From Betaproteobacteria bacterium (GTDB lineage: Bacteria; Pseudomonadota; Gammaproteobacteria; Burkholderiales; SG8-39): a stretch of DNA of 64,000 nt. The position numbers were made by a program, and so were the translations under genes. This document shows, piece after piece, positions 28,179-38,445 of the stretch. The stretch lies in the NCBI GenBank assembly GCA_016210745.1, contig JACQTO010000108.1, positions 9,563 to 73,562 on the forward strand. The letters run 5' to 3'. The first letter of the stretch is position 1; the number at the start of each line of letters is the position of its first letter. The notes under the pieces are model-generated. The model was not told where the DNA came from and did not search any database. It saw only the letters and a program-made list of their open reading frames with translations.

Positions 28179-28263
28179 GAATTTAGGGTTGGTTCCGGGC
28201 GGGGACAGGATAATTCTAGCGCCGCTTGCCTGACGGCGTGGCTTGCCGCGGCGCAAGTTCGCG

Positions 28264-28929
28264 TCAGCCCTCAAGGGTGCGCGCGGGGCTGGGTGCGGGA
28301 AAGCCCTCGAGATCCTCCGGCGTGTCGATATCGCGCAGCACGCCTGGATCGTCGATCTCGATCACCGTGATCGCCTCGGCATACCGCTGCAGCAGCATCC
28401 TTGCGCCCTGGTCCCCGGTGAGGCGCAGAAGATCCTCGCGGAAGCGCCGTGAGATGCCGACCGGGTGCCCGCGCGTACCCGCCCGAGAGGGCGCGGCGAT
28501 CGCAGCGCCTTGGGCCAGCTGGACAGCCACCGAGCGTATGGATGCAGGACGAATAAAGGGCATGTCGGCAAGGGCCACCACCCAGCCGCGCGACTCCCCC
28601 GAAGCGCGCACCCCCGAAGCGAGGCTCGCACCCATGCCGCTGCGCGCGTTGCGCGAAGTCACGACCGTGCAGCCGGTCTCGCGCAGCAATTGCGCCAGCC
28701 GTTTCGCACCGGGACGCACGACGGCAATGGTTCGCGGCAGCGCGGCGAGCATGTTTCGCGCCGCGGCGGCTGCGATCGGCATGCCGTCGGGCAGGCGATG
28801 AAGCAGCTTATTGGATCCGAAGCGGCTGGAAGATCCGGCAGCAAGCAGGATGCCGCAAATCTGGGCCGCCACACCTTCCCCCTCGAGGGGAGGGAGTCCT
28901 GTTGGGCTCAAGGCTGGGTAACGGTGCAC
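28264..28929 (-). CDS. MobA-like NTP transferase (probable molybdenum cofactor cytidylyltransferase MocA)
   Basis: The LLAAGSSSRFGSNKLL nucleotide-binding motif is present. The gene overlaps the upstream xdhC-family gene and lies next to the Mo-hydroxylase cluster. The exact start is uncertain; the longest ORF starts at GTG. Confidence 0.75.
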   Translation of the reverse strand: MHRYPALSPTGLPPLEGEGVAAQICGILLAAGSSSRFGSNKLLHRLPDGMPIAAAAARNMLAALPRTIAVVRPGAKRLAQLLRETGCTVVTSRNARSGMGASLASGVRASGESRGWVVALADMPFIRPASIRSVAVQLAQGAAIAAPSRAGTRGHPVGISRRFREDLLRLTGDQGARMLLQRYAEAITVIEIDDPGVLRDIDTPEDLEGFPAPSPARTLEG

Positions 28930-29915
28930 CCCGCGCTGACGCCGGCCTTGGGCGCTTCTATCATTTCGCCGATCTGCACTCCGTGACGCACGGCGGTCAT
29001 CTCGGCCAGGATCGCCACCGCGATTTCAGGCGGAGTCTTGGATCCGATCTTCAGACCGACCGGCCCGCGCAGGCGTGCGATTTCGTCCGCCGAAAGATCG
29101 AACTGGGCAAGCCGTATGCGGCGGTTGTCGTTGTTCTTCTTCGAACCCAGGGCGCCAACGAAGAACGCCGGCGACTTGAGCGCTTCCAGTAGCGCCATGT
29201 CGTCGAGCTTCGGATCGTGCGTCAGCGCCACCACGGCACAGTGCGCATCCATGTTCATCGACAGCACCACGTCGTCGGGCATGCCGCGGTTGATGGGAAC
29301 ATCGGTGACATCCCACCCGTCCTCGTACTCCTCGCGCGGATCGCAAACGACGACGTTATAGTCGAGCGAGCGCGCCATGGTCGCGAGATAGCGCGACACC
29401 TGACTGGCGCCGATGATGAGCAGCCGCCAGCGCGGACCATGCACCGACTTCAGCAGCTTGCCGTCGAACTCCAGCGTGTCGGACCACCTACCCGGCTCGA
29501 TCCGCACCTCGCCCGACTCCATGTCCAGAAAGCGCGCCACCAGCTCGTGGCGCTCGATCGACCCGAGCAACTCGGCGAGCTTCGATTCCTTGCGCACCGG
29601 TTCGAGCACGATCTCCAGGGTGCCGCCACAGGGAAGGTTGTAGCGCTCGGCCTGCTCCTTGGTGACCCCGTAGACGACCTTTTCGGGTTTTTCGACTGCG
29701 ACGCTGCTCGTCCTGACCTTGTCGATCAGATCGTCTTCCACACAGCCGCCGGAAACCGAACCGACCACCTGCCCATCGTCGCGTACTATCACCATCGAGC
29801 CGACCGGCCGGGGTCCGGAACCCCAAGTATGGGTAATGGTCCCGAGCGTGGCCTTGTGCCCGGTTTCCAGCCAACGCAGGGCCGTTCTTACCACTTCCAA
29901 ATCAACGCTATCCAT
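28908..29915 (-). CDS. XdhC/CoxI-family molybdoenzyme maturation protein
   Basis: The N-terminal XdhC_CoxI region (GSGPRPVGSMVIV..DG...GSVSGGCVE) and the C-terminal Rossmann region (LLIIGASQVSRYL) are both present. Confidence 0.85.
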   Translation of the reverse strand: MDSVDLEVVRTALRWLETGHKATLGTITHTWGSGPRPVGSMVIVRDDGQVVGSVSGGCVEDDLIDKVRTSSVAVEKPEKVVYGVTKEQAERYNLPCGGTLEIVLEPVRKESKLAELLGSIERHELVARFLDMESGEVRIEPGRWSDTLEFDGKLLKSVHGPRWRLLIIGASQVSRYLATMARSLDYNVVVCDPREEYEDGWDVTDVPINRGMPDDVVLSMNMDAHCAVVALTHDPKLDDMALLEALKSPAFFVGALGSKKNNDNRRIRLAQFDLSADEIARLRGPVGLKIGSKTPPEIAVAILAEMTAVRHGVQIGEMIEAPKAGVSAGCTVTQP

Positions 29916-30235
29916 CTGCTGCCTCTATGTGATTGAGCTTCGTGCAAGGGTAGTCTGATGGACTGTCAGGGTCAAGGTTGGTTCGGCGCCGCGTTGGTCC
30001 GGCACCTTCCGAACCCGCTGTCGATTCAATGGTCTAAGCCCATTGCCAGTCGGGTTGATGCCGCGGGGTCACCCTCCAGGTTTCTTCTGGTGCGCTCATC
30101 CCGACCGCAAATCGGCCGTGGAGGGGTTTCCATCGCATCCATTCAGCAGCTTTGCGCGAGGCGCGAACAAGAAATTCAAGCCGGACCGGCGCGAACGTCG
30201 CAGCATTGGCGCGCGCCGCGAACAGGAGGATTAAC

Positions 30236-30709
30236 ATGACCGTCAAGGTATCCATGACCGTCAACGGCAAGCCCGTCAGCGACGAAGTCGAGGAGCGCAC
30301 GCTGCTCGTCACCTACCTTCGCGAAACACTGCACCTTACGGGGACCCATGTCGGCTGCGACACCGCCCAGTGCGGCGCCTGCACCGTCGAACTGGACGGT
30401 CGCGCGGTGAAGGCGTGCAACCTGCTTGCCATGCAGGCCGAGGGCGCGAACGTCGTCACCATCGAAGGCATCGCGAAAGCCGACGGCACCCTGCATCCCA
30501 TGCAGGAAGCGTTCCGGCAGAACCACGGGCTGCAGTGCGGCTTCTGCACGCCGGGCATGGTGATCTCGGCGATCGACCTGGTGAAGAACAATCCCAGCCC
30601 AACGGAACAACAGATCCGCAGCCAGTTGGACGGCAATTTCTGCCGCTGCACCGGCTACCACAACATCGTGAAGGCGGTTCGGGCGGGCGCCGAAGCGATG
30701 AGGGGGTGA
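30236..30709 (+). CDS. Mo-hydroxylase small subunit, two [2Fe-2S] clusters (CoxS-like)
   Basis: ATG at 30236 follows AGGAGGA. The cysteine motifs are [12 protein letters not shown] and CGFCTPGM...CRCTGY. Confidence 0.93.
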   Translation: MTVKVSMTVNGKPVSDEVEERTLLVTYLRETLHLTGTHVGCDTAQCGACTVELDGRAVKACNLLAMQAEGANVVTIEGIAKADGTLHPMQEAFRQNHGLQCGFCTPGMVISAIDLVKNNPSPTEQQIRSQLDGNFCRCTGYHNIVKAVRAGAEAMRG

Positions 30710-30712
30710 GCC

Positions 30713-33067
30713 ATGGACACGGCGTTCATCGGACAACCGATCAAGCGCAGGGAAGACTACCGTTTTCTCACCGGTGCGGGAAACTATACCGACGATCTCA
30801 CCCTGCCCCGCCAGAGCTACGCCGTCTTCATCCGCTCGCCGCATGCGCATGCGGCCATCAAGGCGATCAACAAAGCCAAGGCCGCAACAGCGCCCGGCGT
30901 AATCGCCGTCTTCACCGGCGCCGACATCGCCGCTGCCAAGATCGGCGGCTTGCCCTGCGGCTGGCTGATCACCGACGTCAATGGCCAGCCCATGAAGGAG
31001 CCGGCTCATCCGGTGCTGGCCCAGGGCAAGGTGCGCTATGTCGGCGATCATGTCGCGGTCGTCATCGCCGAGACCTATCAGCTGGCCAAAGATGCGGCCG
31101 AATGGGTCGAGGTGGACTATGAGGTGCTGCCTGCGGTGGTCAAAGGAAGCGAGGCGCGCACGAAGGGCGCTCCGGTCCTGCACGAGATCGCGCCGGACAA
31201 CACCTGCTACGTGTGGGCGCTCGGAGACAAGGCCGCGGTGGACAAGGCCATTGCCGGGGCAGCGCACGTCACGACGCTCGAATTCATCAATAACCGGCTG
31301 ATCCCCAACGCCATCGAACCGCGCGCGGTGAATGCACAGTACTCGCGCGCCGACGACAGCTACACGCTCTACGTCGCCAGCCAAAACCCGCATGTCGAGC
31401 GGCTGTTGATGACGGCCTTCGTCCTGGGATTGCCCGAGCACAAGGTGCGCGTGGTCTCGCCCGATGTCGGCGGCGGCTTCGGCTCGAAGATCTACCTCTA
31501 TGCCGAAGACGTGGTGTGCACCTGGGCGTCGAAACAGGTCAATCGTCCGGTCAAGTGGACCGCCGATCGCAGCGAATCGTTCCAGTCGGACGCGCACGGC
31601 CGCGATCACGCGACCAAGGCGGAACTGGCGCTGGACAAGGACGGCAAGTTTCTGGCCCTGCGGGTGACGACCACCGCGAATCTGGGCGCGTATCTCTCGA
31701 CCTTCGCCTCGGCCATTCCCACCATCCTTTATGCCACGCTGCTCGCGGGCCAATACACCACTCCGGCGATCTACACCGAGGTGACGGCGGTGTTTACCAA
31801 CACCGCGCCGGTGGACGCGTACCGGGGCGCGGGCCGCCCCGAGGCGACCTATGTGGTCGAGCGCATCGTCGAGCAGGCGGCACGCGAAATGAACATCGAA
31901 CCGGCCGAAATCCGCCGGCGCAATTTCATCCGTAACTTCCCCTACCAGACCCCGGTGGCCCTGCTCTACGACGCCGGCAACTACGAAGCGACGCTTGCCG
32001 AAGCGATGAAGATGGCCGACGTGGCGGGCTTTGCCTCGCGCAAGGCCGAGGCGGCCAAGCGCGGCAAGCTCCGCGGCCTGGGCTACGCCTGCTACATCGA
32101 GGCCTGCGGCATCGCGCCCTCGAACGTGGCCGGGTCCCTCGGCGCCAGAGCGGGCCTGTTCGAAGCGGGAGAAGTACGCGTGCACCCAACGGGCAAGGTA
32201 ACGGTGTTCACCGGCTCGCACAGCCACGGCCAGGGCCACGAGACCACCTTTGCGCAGGTTGTCGCCGAGCGCTTGGGCATTCCGATGGAAGACGTGGATA
32301 TCGTGCACGGGGACACCGGCAAGATTCTTTTCGGCATGGGTACTTACGGGTCCCGATCGATTGCCGTCGGCGGCACGGCGATCGTCAAGGCCGTGGACAA
32401 GGTCATAACCAAAGGCAAGAAGATCGCCGCGCATCTGCTGGAAGCTTCGGAAACCGACATCGAATTCAAGGACGGGATCTTCAGGATTGCCGGAACCGAC
32501 AAGCAAGTGCCCTTCGCGTCGGTGGCGCTCACTGCCTACGTGCCGCACAACTATCCGCTCGACAAGCTGGAACCCGGTCTGAACGAGAACGCGTTCTACG
32601 ACCCGACCAACTTCACTTTCCCCGCCGGCAGCTACGTGTGCGAGGTGGAGATCGATCCGGAGACCGGTCACACGCGCATCGTCGGCTTCACCGCGGTGGA
32701 CGACTTCGGCAAGATCATCAATCCGATGATTGTCGAGGGTCAGGTGCACGGCGGCCTGGCGCAAGGGATCGGTCAGGCGCTCATCGAGAACTGCTACTAC
32801 GACCCCGAGACGGGGCAGCTTATCTCGGGCTCCTTCCAGGACTACGGACTGCCGCACGCCGACGAGCTGCCCTCGTTCAAAGTGGGCACCAAGGAGACCG
32901 CGTGCACCCACAACCCGCTCGGCGTGAAAGGATGCGGCGAGGCGGGCGCGATCGGCTCGCCGGCGGCGCTGATGAACGCGATCACCGATGCGCTCGGGGT
33001 GCGCGACCTGGAAATGCCGGCTACGCCGCAGCGTGTCTGGCGCGCGGCGAACAGGAAAGCGGCCTAG
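30713..33067 (+). CDS. Mo-hydroxylase large subunit, form II CODH-like (CoxL-like, AYRGAGR motif)
   Basis: The 784-aa protein of the xanthine dehydrogenase/aldehyde oxidase family carries an AYRGAGR active-site loop at nt 31817-31837. This is the form II signature rather than the form I AYXCSFR signature. Confidence 0.9.
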   Translation: MDTAFIGQPIKRREDYRFLTGAGNYTDDLTLPRQSYAVFIRSPHAHAAIKAINKAKAATAPGVIAVFTGADIAAAKIGGLPCGWLITDVNGQPMKEPAHPVLAQGKVRYVGDHVAVVIAETYQLAKDAAEWVEVDYEVLPAVVKGSEARTKGAPVLHEIAPDNTCYVWALGDKAAVDKAIAGAAHVTTLEFINNRLIPNAIEPRAVNAQYSRADDSYTLYVASQNPHVERLLMTAFVLGLPEHKVRVVSPDVGGGFGSKIYLYAEDVVCTWASKQVNRPVKWTADRSESFQSDAHGRDHATKAELALDKDGKFLALRVTTTANLGAYLSTFASAIPTILYATLLAGQYTTPAIYTEVTAVFTNTAPVDAYRGAGRPEATYVVERIVEQAAREMNIEPAEIRRRNFIRNFPYQTPVALLYDAGNYEATLAEAMKMADVAGFASRKAEAAKRGKLRGLGYACYIEACGIAPSNVAGSLGARAGLFEAGEVRVHPTGKVTVFTGSHSHGQGHETTFAQVVAERLGIPMEDVDIVHGDTGKILFGMGTYGSRSIAVGGTAIVKAVDKVITKGKKIAAHLLEASETDIEFKDGIFRIAGTDKQVPFASVALTAYVPHNYPLDKLEPGLNENAFYDPTNFTFPAGSYVCEVEIDPETGHTRIVGFTAVDDFGKIINPMIVEGQVHGGLAQGIGQALIENCYYDPETGQLISGSFQDYGLPHADELPSFKVGTKETACTHNPLGVKGCGEAGAIGSPAALMNAITDALGVRDLEMPATPQRVWRAANRKAA

Positions 33068-33079
33068 GAGGACCCATTC

Positions 33080-33877
33080 ATGTACGCATTCAAATACCAA
33101 CGTGCAAAGTCGCTGACGTCGGCCTCGGCCGCAATTGCGAACAATGCCGACGCCAAGCTGCTTGCGGGCGGACAGAGCCTGATCGCGGCGATGAAATTGC
33201 GCCTTGCGCATCCGACGGAGCTAGTCGATCTCGCACCGATCAAGGAACTCTACGGCATCAAGGCCGGTAAAGGGACCGTCACCGTAGGTGCGATGACGCG
33301 CCATGCCGAAGTCGCTTCCTCCGCAGATGTGAAGAAGGCCATCCCGGCGCTGGCCGTCCTCGCCGAGGCGATCGGCGACCGTCAAGTGCGCAACATGGGC
33401 ACCTTGGGCGGTTCGATTGCCAACAACGACCCGGCAGCCGATTATCCGGCGGGCTTGGTCGGCCTCGGGGCCACAGTCACAACGAACAAGCGCAAGATTG
33501 CCGCCGATGATTTCTTCAGGGGCATGTACGAGACCGCGCTCGAATCGGGGGAGATCATAACCGCGGTTGCTTTCCCGGTGCCCAAGCGCGCGGCCTACAT
33601 GAAGTTCAAGAACCCGGCATCGCGCTTTGCGCTCGTCGGCGTATTCGTCGCCGACACCGGCTCGGGCGTGCGCGTCGCGGTAACCGGTGCAGGTCCCGCG
33701 GTATTTCGGGTCGCAGATATGGAACAGGCCCTCTCGGCAAAGTTCGCACCCGAGTCCATTGCCGGCATCAAGGTGCCCGAAGTTGGTCTCAACGCCGACC
33801 TGCACGCAAAAGCCGATTACCGCGCCCACCTCGTCACGGTGATGGCCAAGCGCGCGGTCGAGGAAGCGATGAGATAG
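33080..33877 (+). CDS. Mo-hydroxylase medium FAD-binding subunit (CoxM-like)
   Basis: It has an LLAGGQSL FAD-binding motif, the GTLGGSIANNDPAADY segment and the CO dehydrogenase flavoprotein C-terminal domain. Confidence 0.9.
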   Translation: MYAFKYQRAKSLTSASAAIANNADAKLLAGGQSLIAAMKLRLAHPTELVDLAPIKELYGIKAGKGTVTVGAMTRHAEVASSADVKKAIPALAVLAEAIGDRQVRNMGTLGGSIANNDPAADYPAGLVGLGATVTTNKRKIAADDFFRGMYETALESGEIITAVAFPVPKRAAYMKFKNPASRFALVGVFVADTGSGVRVAVTGAGPAVFRVADMEQALSAKFAPESIAGIKVPEVGLNADLHAKADYRAHLVTVMAKRAVEEAMR

Positions 33878-33897
33878 TCGCAATCCCCCCTCGCCCC

Positions 33898-33932
33898 AAC
33901 CCTTTTCCTCGATTCGTGGAAGAGGGTTTTTT
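33898..33932 (+). terminator. Rho-independent terminator candidate after the coxM-like gene
   Basis: The stem pairs CCCTTTTCC (33900-33908) with GGAAGAGGG (33918-33926), with one T/G position. TTTTTT follows. Confidence 0.6.
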
Positions 33933-33958
33933 GCGTTTCTTGCTGGCATAATTGACAC

Positions 33959-34915
33959 ATGAATTCGCCGCTCCCCGCCTCCATCGAGGCCACCATCGAC
34001 TTGCTCGCTTCGGCCGACTATGTGGCCGAGCGGAGCCTGGCCACCGCCGTTTATCTCGCGCTGCGCATGGGACGGCCGCTGTTTCTCGAAGGCGAAGCCG
34101 GCGTGGGCAAGACCGAAATCGCCAAAGTGCTCGCGGCAACGCTCGGCCGCAAGCTCGTTCGCCTGCAGTGCTACGAGGGACTGGACATCGCCAACGCGGT
34201 CTACGAGTGGAACTATTCGCGCCAAATGATGGAAATCCGGCTGGCCGAGTCCGAAGGCTCCGGAACTAGCGACGGATCCGGCCGGGGTAAGGGGACCCGG
34301 GGCCGCAGCCGCGAGCGCCTCGCGAAAGATATTTTTTCCGAGAAATTCCTCATCCGCCGGCCGATTCTTCAGGCGCTCGAAGGCGAGAAGGGCGCAGCGC
34401 CGGTGCTGCTGATCGACGAGTTGGACCGCACCGACGAGCCCTTCGAAGCCTACCTTCTCGAAGTGCTCTCGGATTTCCAGGTCACCATACCGGAACTCGG
34501 CACCATCCACGCCGAGGAACCGCCGGTGGTCGTGATCACCTCCAACCGCACGCGCGAGATTCACGACGCGATCAAGCGGCGCTGCTACTACCATTGGGTC
34601 GATTACCCGGACGCCGCGCGCGAGCTCGAGATCCTGCGCCGACGAGCCCCGGGAGCGGCCGCACGGCTGTCCCGCGAAGTGGTCGCCTTCGTGCAACGGC
34701 TGCGCAGCATGGATCTGTTCAAGCTGCCCGGCGTGGCCGAAACCATCGACTGGTCCCGAGCGCTGGTGGCGCTGGACAAACTCTCGCTCGACCCGCAAAC
34801 GGTCAACGACACGCTCGGCGCGCTGCTCAAGTACCAAGACGACATCGCGCGCGTGCGCGGCAGCGAAGCCGAGCGATTGCTCGCCGAGGTCAAAGCCGAA
34901 CTCGCGTCGGCGTGA
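33959..34915 (+). CDS. MoxR-family AAA+ ATPase (CoxD-like)
   Basis: Walker A is GEAGVGKT, Walker B is LLIDELDR, and the MoxR C-terminal region is present. Confidence 0.9.
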   Translation: MNSPLPASIEATIDLLASADYVAERSLATAVYLALRMGRPLFLEGEAGVGKTEIAKVLAATLGRKLVRLQCYEGLDIANAVYEWNYSRQMMEIRLAESEGSGTSDGSGRGKGTRGRSRERLAKDIFSEKFLIRRPILQALEGEKGAAPVLLIDELDRTDEPFEAYLLEVLSDFQVTIPELGTIHAEEPPVVVITSNRTREIHDAIKRRCYYHWVDYPDAARELEILRRRAPGAAARLSREVVAFVQRLRSMDLFKLPGVAETIDWSRALVALDKLSLDPQTVNDTLGALLKYQDDIARVRGSEAERLLAEVKAELASA

Positions 34916-34928
34916 GCCGAGCAGCCGA

Positions 34929-36275
34929 ATGAAATCGCCGTCGTTGATCAAGCGCTTTCTGGGATCGGTCGCCGGACTCGGCGCCCGGGAGCCCGCCGCG
35001 GTCGATCGCCGGACGCGCAGGGCACTGGCGCTGTGCGAGGCGCTTCTTTCAGAGCGCGGAGAGGCGTCGGGCGCGGCGCTCGCGCGCGACGCGCTGGAGG
35101 CGATCAAAGGGCTCGACGGCGCGCCGCTGGCGAGTTTCTTCGACATGCTGGCGGAGAAATTCTCCCCCGATCCCAATGTCATCGTGCGTACCGCCGAGGT
35201 CTATCGCCAGGAACCCTCGCAGGCGAATCTGGTTCGTCTGCAAGGCGTGGTCGAGCCGCCGCGCCAGGAGCTGTTCCGCCGCCTCAATATGGCCCCCGGC
35301 GGAACCGCGGCGCTGGTGGACATGCGCCGACGGCTGCTCATGGGGCTGGGGGCCAAGCCGGAATGGGCGGGAATCGAGGCCGATCTCGTTCACTTGCTCA
35401 CCTCCTGGTTCAATCGCGGCTTTCTCGTGCTCGAGCGCATCGACTGGCGCACTTCGGCGCTGGTGCTCGAGAAGCTCAGCACCTACGAGGCCGTGCACGA
35501 AGTCCGGGGCTGGCGCGACCTTCGCCGCCGGCTTCAAGCCGACCGGCGCTGTTTCGCGTTCTTCCATCCCGCGCTCCCGGAAGAGCCGATCATCTTCATC
35601 GAGGTGGCGCTGACCCAGGGCATGAGCCAACGCGTGCAGCCTCTGCTGGACACCGATTCGCCCCTGGCCGATCCGAGGCACGCAGACTGCGCGATCTTCT
35701 ACTCGATCACCAACTGCCAGGAGGGTCTGCGCGGAATTTCATTCGGAAACTTCCTCATCAAGCAGGTCGCCGAAGATCTGGGCCGCGAGTTCCCGCGCCT
35801 CGGTATTTTCGCCACGCTCTCGCCGCTGCCGGGCTTTCGCGCCTGGGTAACATCGATCAAGAAGGATCTCGCCGAGACGCCCGGCGGCAATGCGGTTCTC
35901 GATCAGCTCGAACTGATGGAGCGGCCGCTCTGGCACGAGCAAGCCGGTCTCGCCGCCAAGCTCAAGAAACCTCTGATGCGCCTGGGCGCCTGGTACCTGC
36001 TTCACGCCAAGCGCGCTCGCGAGCCGCTCGATCCGGTGGCGCGCTTCCACCTGGGTAACGGCGCCAGCATCGAGCAGCTCAACTGGCTCGCCGACATCTC
36101 CAAGACCGGCATGGCGCGCTCGGCCGGCATGATGGTCAACTACCAGTACCGGCTCGGGCATATCGAGCGCAACCACGAAGCCTACGTAAAGCAGAGCGAG
36201 GTGGTGGCTTCGGCGAGGCTGCGCGCGATATCGCGCGAGTGCGAACTCGCGGCGAAACGCAAGCCGGCGCCGTGA
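34929..36275 (+). CDS. Malonyl-CoA decarboxylase (MCD/MatA family)
   Basis: MCD-family hallmarks are LSPLPGFRAW and ARFHLGNGASIEQLNWLADIS..GMMVNYQY. Confidence 0.8.
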   Translation: MKSPSLIKRFLGSVAGLGAREPAAVDRRTRRALALCEALLSERGEASGAALARDALEAIKGLDGAPLASFFDMLAEKFSPDPNVIVRTAEVYRQEPSQANLVRLQGVVEPPRQELFRRLNMAPGGTAALVDMRRRLLMGLGAKPEWAGIEADLVHLLTSWFNRGFLVLERIDWRTSALVLEKLSTYEAVHEVRGWRDLRRRLQADRRCFAFFHPALPEEPIIFIEVALTQGMSQRVQPLLDTDSPLADPRHADCAIFYSITNCQEGLRGISFGNFLIKQVAEDLGREFPRLGIFATLSPLPGFRAWVTSIKKDLAETPGGNAVLDQLELMERPLWHEQAGLAAKLKKPLMRLGAWYLLHAKRAREPLDPVARFHLGNGASIEQLNWLADISKTGMARSAGMMVNYQYRLGHIERNHEAYVKQSEVVASARLRAISRECELAAKRKPAP

Positions 36276-37531
36276 GCGTCGCCTTCCAGCCGGCCGAGTC
36301 GGCGGGAAAGTTCGCCGAGAACGTGATGCATTTCGCGCGCGTTCTGCGCGCTGCGGGCCTGCCGATCGGACCGGACCGTGTGATCGACGCCATGCGCGCG
36401 ATCGAGGTGACGGGCATCGAGCGGCGCGACGACTTCTATTGGACGCTTGCTTCGGTGTTTCTCGACCGGCACGAGCAGTTCCAGATATTCGACCAAGCCT
36501 TCCACATATTCTGGCGCGACCCGCATTTGCTCGAGCGCGCCATGGCGATGCTGCTTCCATCCGTCTACAGCCGAACACCGCGGGCAACAGATTCCCCGGT
36601 CGGCAAAAGCGTATCCGAGGCACTTTATTCGGGACTGCAGCACAAGGAACGCGCTGCCGGCGACATTCCCGAACAGGTCGAACTGGATGCCGCGCTCACG
36701 TTCTCGTCGACCGAGGTGCTGCAGCGCGCCGATTTCGAGACCATGACTGCCGAGGAAATCGCGCACGCCAAGGCGTTGATCGCCTCGCTGCGCCTGCCGA
36801 TTCCGGAGATTCGCACGCGCCGTTATCGTCCCGACGCCCACGGTGCGCGCATCGACCTGCGCGCAACGCTGCGCTCATCCTTGCGCGATGGCGGTCACTC
36901 GATCCCCTTAAAGAAACGCACGCCGCGCCGGCGCCACCCGCCGCTGGTCGTGCTGTGCGACATCTCCGGCAGCATGAGCCGCTATTCGCGCATGTTCCTG
37001 CATTTCGTGCACGCGATCACCAACGATTACGACCGCGTGCACGCTTTCGTTTTCGGCACGCGCCTTACCAACGTGACGCGCTGCCTGCGCCACCGCGATA
37101 TCGACGTGGCCATGGTCGAGGTTGCGGACATTGTCGCCGATTGGTCCGGGGGCACGCGCATCGGCGCCTGTCTCAAGCAGTTCAACTTGCGTTGGTCACG
37201 CCGGGTGCTGGGGCAGAACGCGGCGGTGCTGCTCATCTCCGATGGCCTGGATCGCGATATCGGCGAGGGCCTCTCCGAGGAAACCGAGCGCCTGCACAAG
37301 AGCTGCCGGAGGCTGATCTGGCTCAATCCGCTCCTGCGCTACGAAGGCTTCGAGGCGCGCCCGGCGGGAATCCGCGCCATGCTGCCTCATGTCGACGCGT
37401 TCCTGCCGGTGCACAACATCGAGAGCCTGAAGGACCTCGCGCGCGCACTCGCGGATGCGACACCCCTGCGGGCGGGCGCGCAGCGTGCTGGGAATCAAGT
37501 GAGCCGAGAGCGCGAAATACTGAGAAAATAG
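36272..37531 (+). CDS. VWA-domain protein (CoxE-like)
   Basis: AENVMHFARVLRAAGLPIGPDR is a typical CoxE N-terminus. The VWA MIDAS motif is LCDISGSM. I chose the GTG at 36272, which overlaps the MCD stop as GTGA. The longest ORF starts at GTG 36239. Confidence 0.8.
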   Translation: MSVAFQPAESAGKFAENVMHFARVLRAAGLPIGPDRVIDAMRAIEVTGIERRDDFYWTLASVFLDRHEQFQIFDQAFHIFWRDPHLLERAMAMLLPSVYSRTPRATDSPVGKSVSEALYSGLQHKERAAGDIPEQVELDAALTFSSTEVLQRADFETMTAEEIAHAKALIASLRLPIPEIRTRRYRPDAHGARIDLRATLRSSLRDGGHSIPLKKRTPRRRHPPLVVLCDISGSMSRYSRMFLHFVHAITNDYDRVHAFVFGTRLTNVTRCLRHRDIDVAMVEVADIVADWSGGTRIGACLKQFNLRWSRRVLGQNAAVLLISDGLDRDIGEGLSEETERLHKSCRRLIWLNPLLRYEGFEARPAGIRAMLPHVDAFLPVHNIESLKDLARALADATPLRAGAQRAGNQVSREREILRK

Positions 37532-37555
37532 CGCAATTGCACGGAGGATCAAAGC

Positions 37556-38152
37556 ATGGAAATGAAAGGCGAACAACTTATCCCGGTACCGCAGGCCGAG
37601 GTCTGGCGCGGACTCAACGATCCGGAAACGCTCAAGGCTTGCATTCCCGGATGCGAGACGATCGAAAGGGTCACCGACACCGAGTACAAGGTGGCGCTGA
37701 CGGTCGCGGTAGGGCCGGTAAAGGCGAAATTCGCCGGCAAACTGATGCTCTCGGATTTGAACCCGCCGACCTCGTACTCGCTTGCCTTCGAAGGCTCTGG
37801 CGGCGCGGCCGGCTTCGCCAAGGGTAACGCCAGCGTGAGTCTCTCGACCGAAGGCTCGGCGACCAGACTCTCGTATAGCACCAAGGCAAACGTCGGCGGC
37901 AAGCTGGCGCAGATCGGTTCGCGCCTGATCGACGGCGTGGCGATGAAAACGGCGGATGAGTTCTTCGCCAAGTTCAACGCGATAATGGCGCCGGCGGCGG
38001 CCGCCGGCGGCGCCGTCCCTGCCGCCGCCGGCGCCGCGCCGCAGTTGAAAGCGGCCCAGCCCTCGGGTTTCAATCCGATCTGGATCGTCGCTGTGGTGAT
38101 TGCCGTGATGCTGGCGATGAACTACTTGATTGGGGCACCGAAGTATCTGTAG
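37556..38152 (+). CDS. SRPBCC-fold CoxG-like protein with C-terminal membrane anchor
   Basis: The CoxG pattern GEQLIPVPQAEVWRGLNDPETLKACIPGCE is followed by an Ala-rich linker and a terminal hydrophobic helix. Confidence 0.85.
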   Translation: MEMKGEQLIPVPQAEVWRGLNDPETLKACIPGCETIERVTDTEYKVALTVAVGPVKAKFAGKLMLSDLNPPTSYSLAFEGSGGAAGFAKGNASVSLSTEGSATRLSYSTKANVGGKLAQIGSRLIDGVAMKTADEFFAKFNAIMAPAAAAGGAVPAAAGAAPQLKAAQPSGFNPIWIVAVVIAVMLAMNYLIGAPKYL

Positions 38153-38198
38153 TGCTGGATCCGCGATCCAACACTCAGGATCAGCCGACCGTGGCCTT

Positions 38199-38376
38199 GC
38201 GCGCTGCGCGCGCCAACCGGGTTTTCAGTACGGATAAAAAGCATCCGCACTGAAAACCCGGTTATGGATAACGGCATGGACGGCTTGGTATTTCATATGA
38301 GATCGGCGATTATGCACGGATGGTTTCTTCATCCGTGCATAATCGCCGATCCGCGCGGACGCCTTTTCGTCCGCGC
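38199..38376 (-). repeat. R3 three-hairpin element, copy Y (inverted relative to copy X)
   Basis: The GCGCGCTGCGCGCGCC tail is at 38199-38214. H3 pairs 38215-38235 with 38243-38263. H2 pairs 38301-38322 with 38330-38351. H1 pairs 38353-38361 with 38368-38376. Confidence 0.9.
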
Positions 38377-38445
38377 AACATCGCGGAAGCCAAATTTCAA
38401 ATAGATTTGGCTTAAGGTTTAGCGAGCAGGCAACACGCCGAACGA

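Noticed and set aside
30176-33211. Very long ORFs antisense to recognised genes. These include the 1011-aa ORF opposite coxL, 24756-26744 opposite the M61 peptidase, 58397-61147 opposite pilY1, 33221-35182 opposite coxM/moxR, 46443-48221 opposite the OGT gene, and 1812-3122 and 2825-4492 within hrpA.
   Set aside because: They are typical stop-codon-poor shadow frames of GC-rich DNA. Their translations are Arg/Ala/Gly/Pro-rich low-complexity strings with no motifs, while the opposite strand encodes proteins with clear family signatures.
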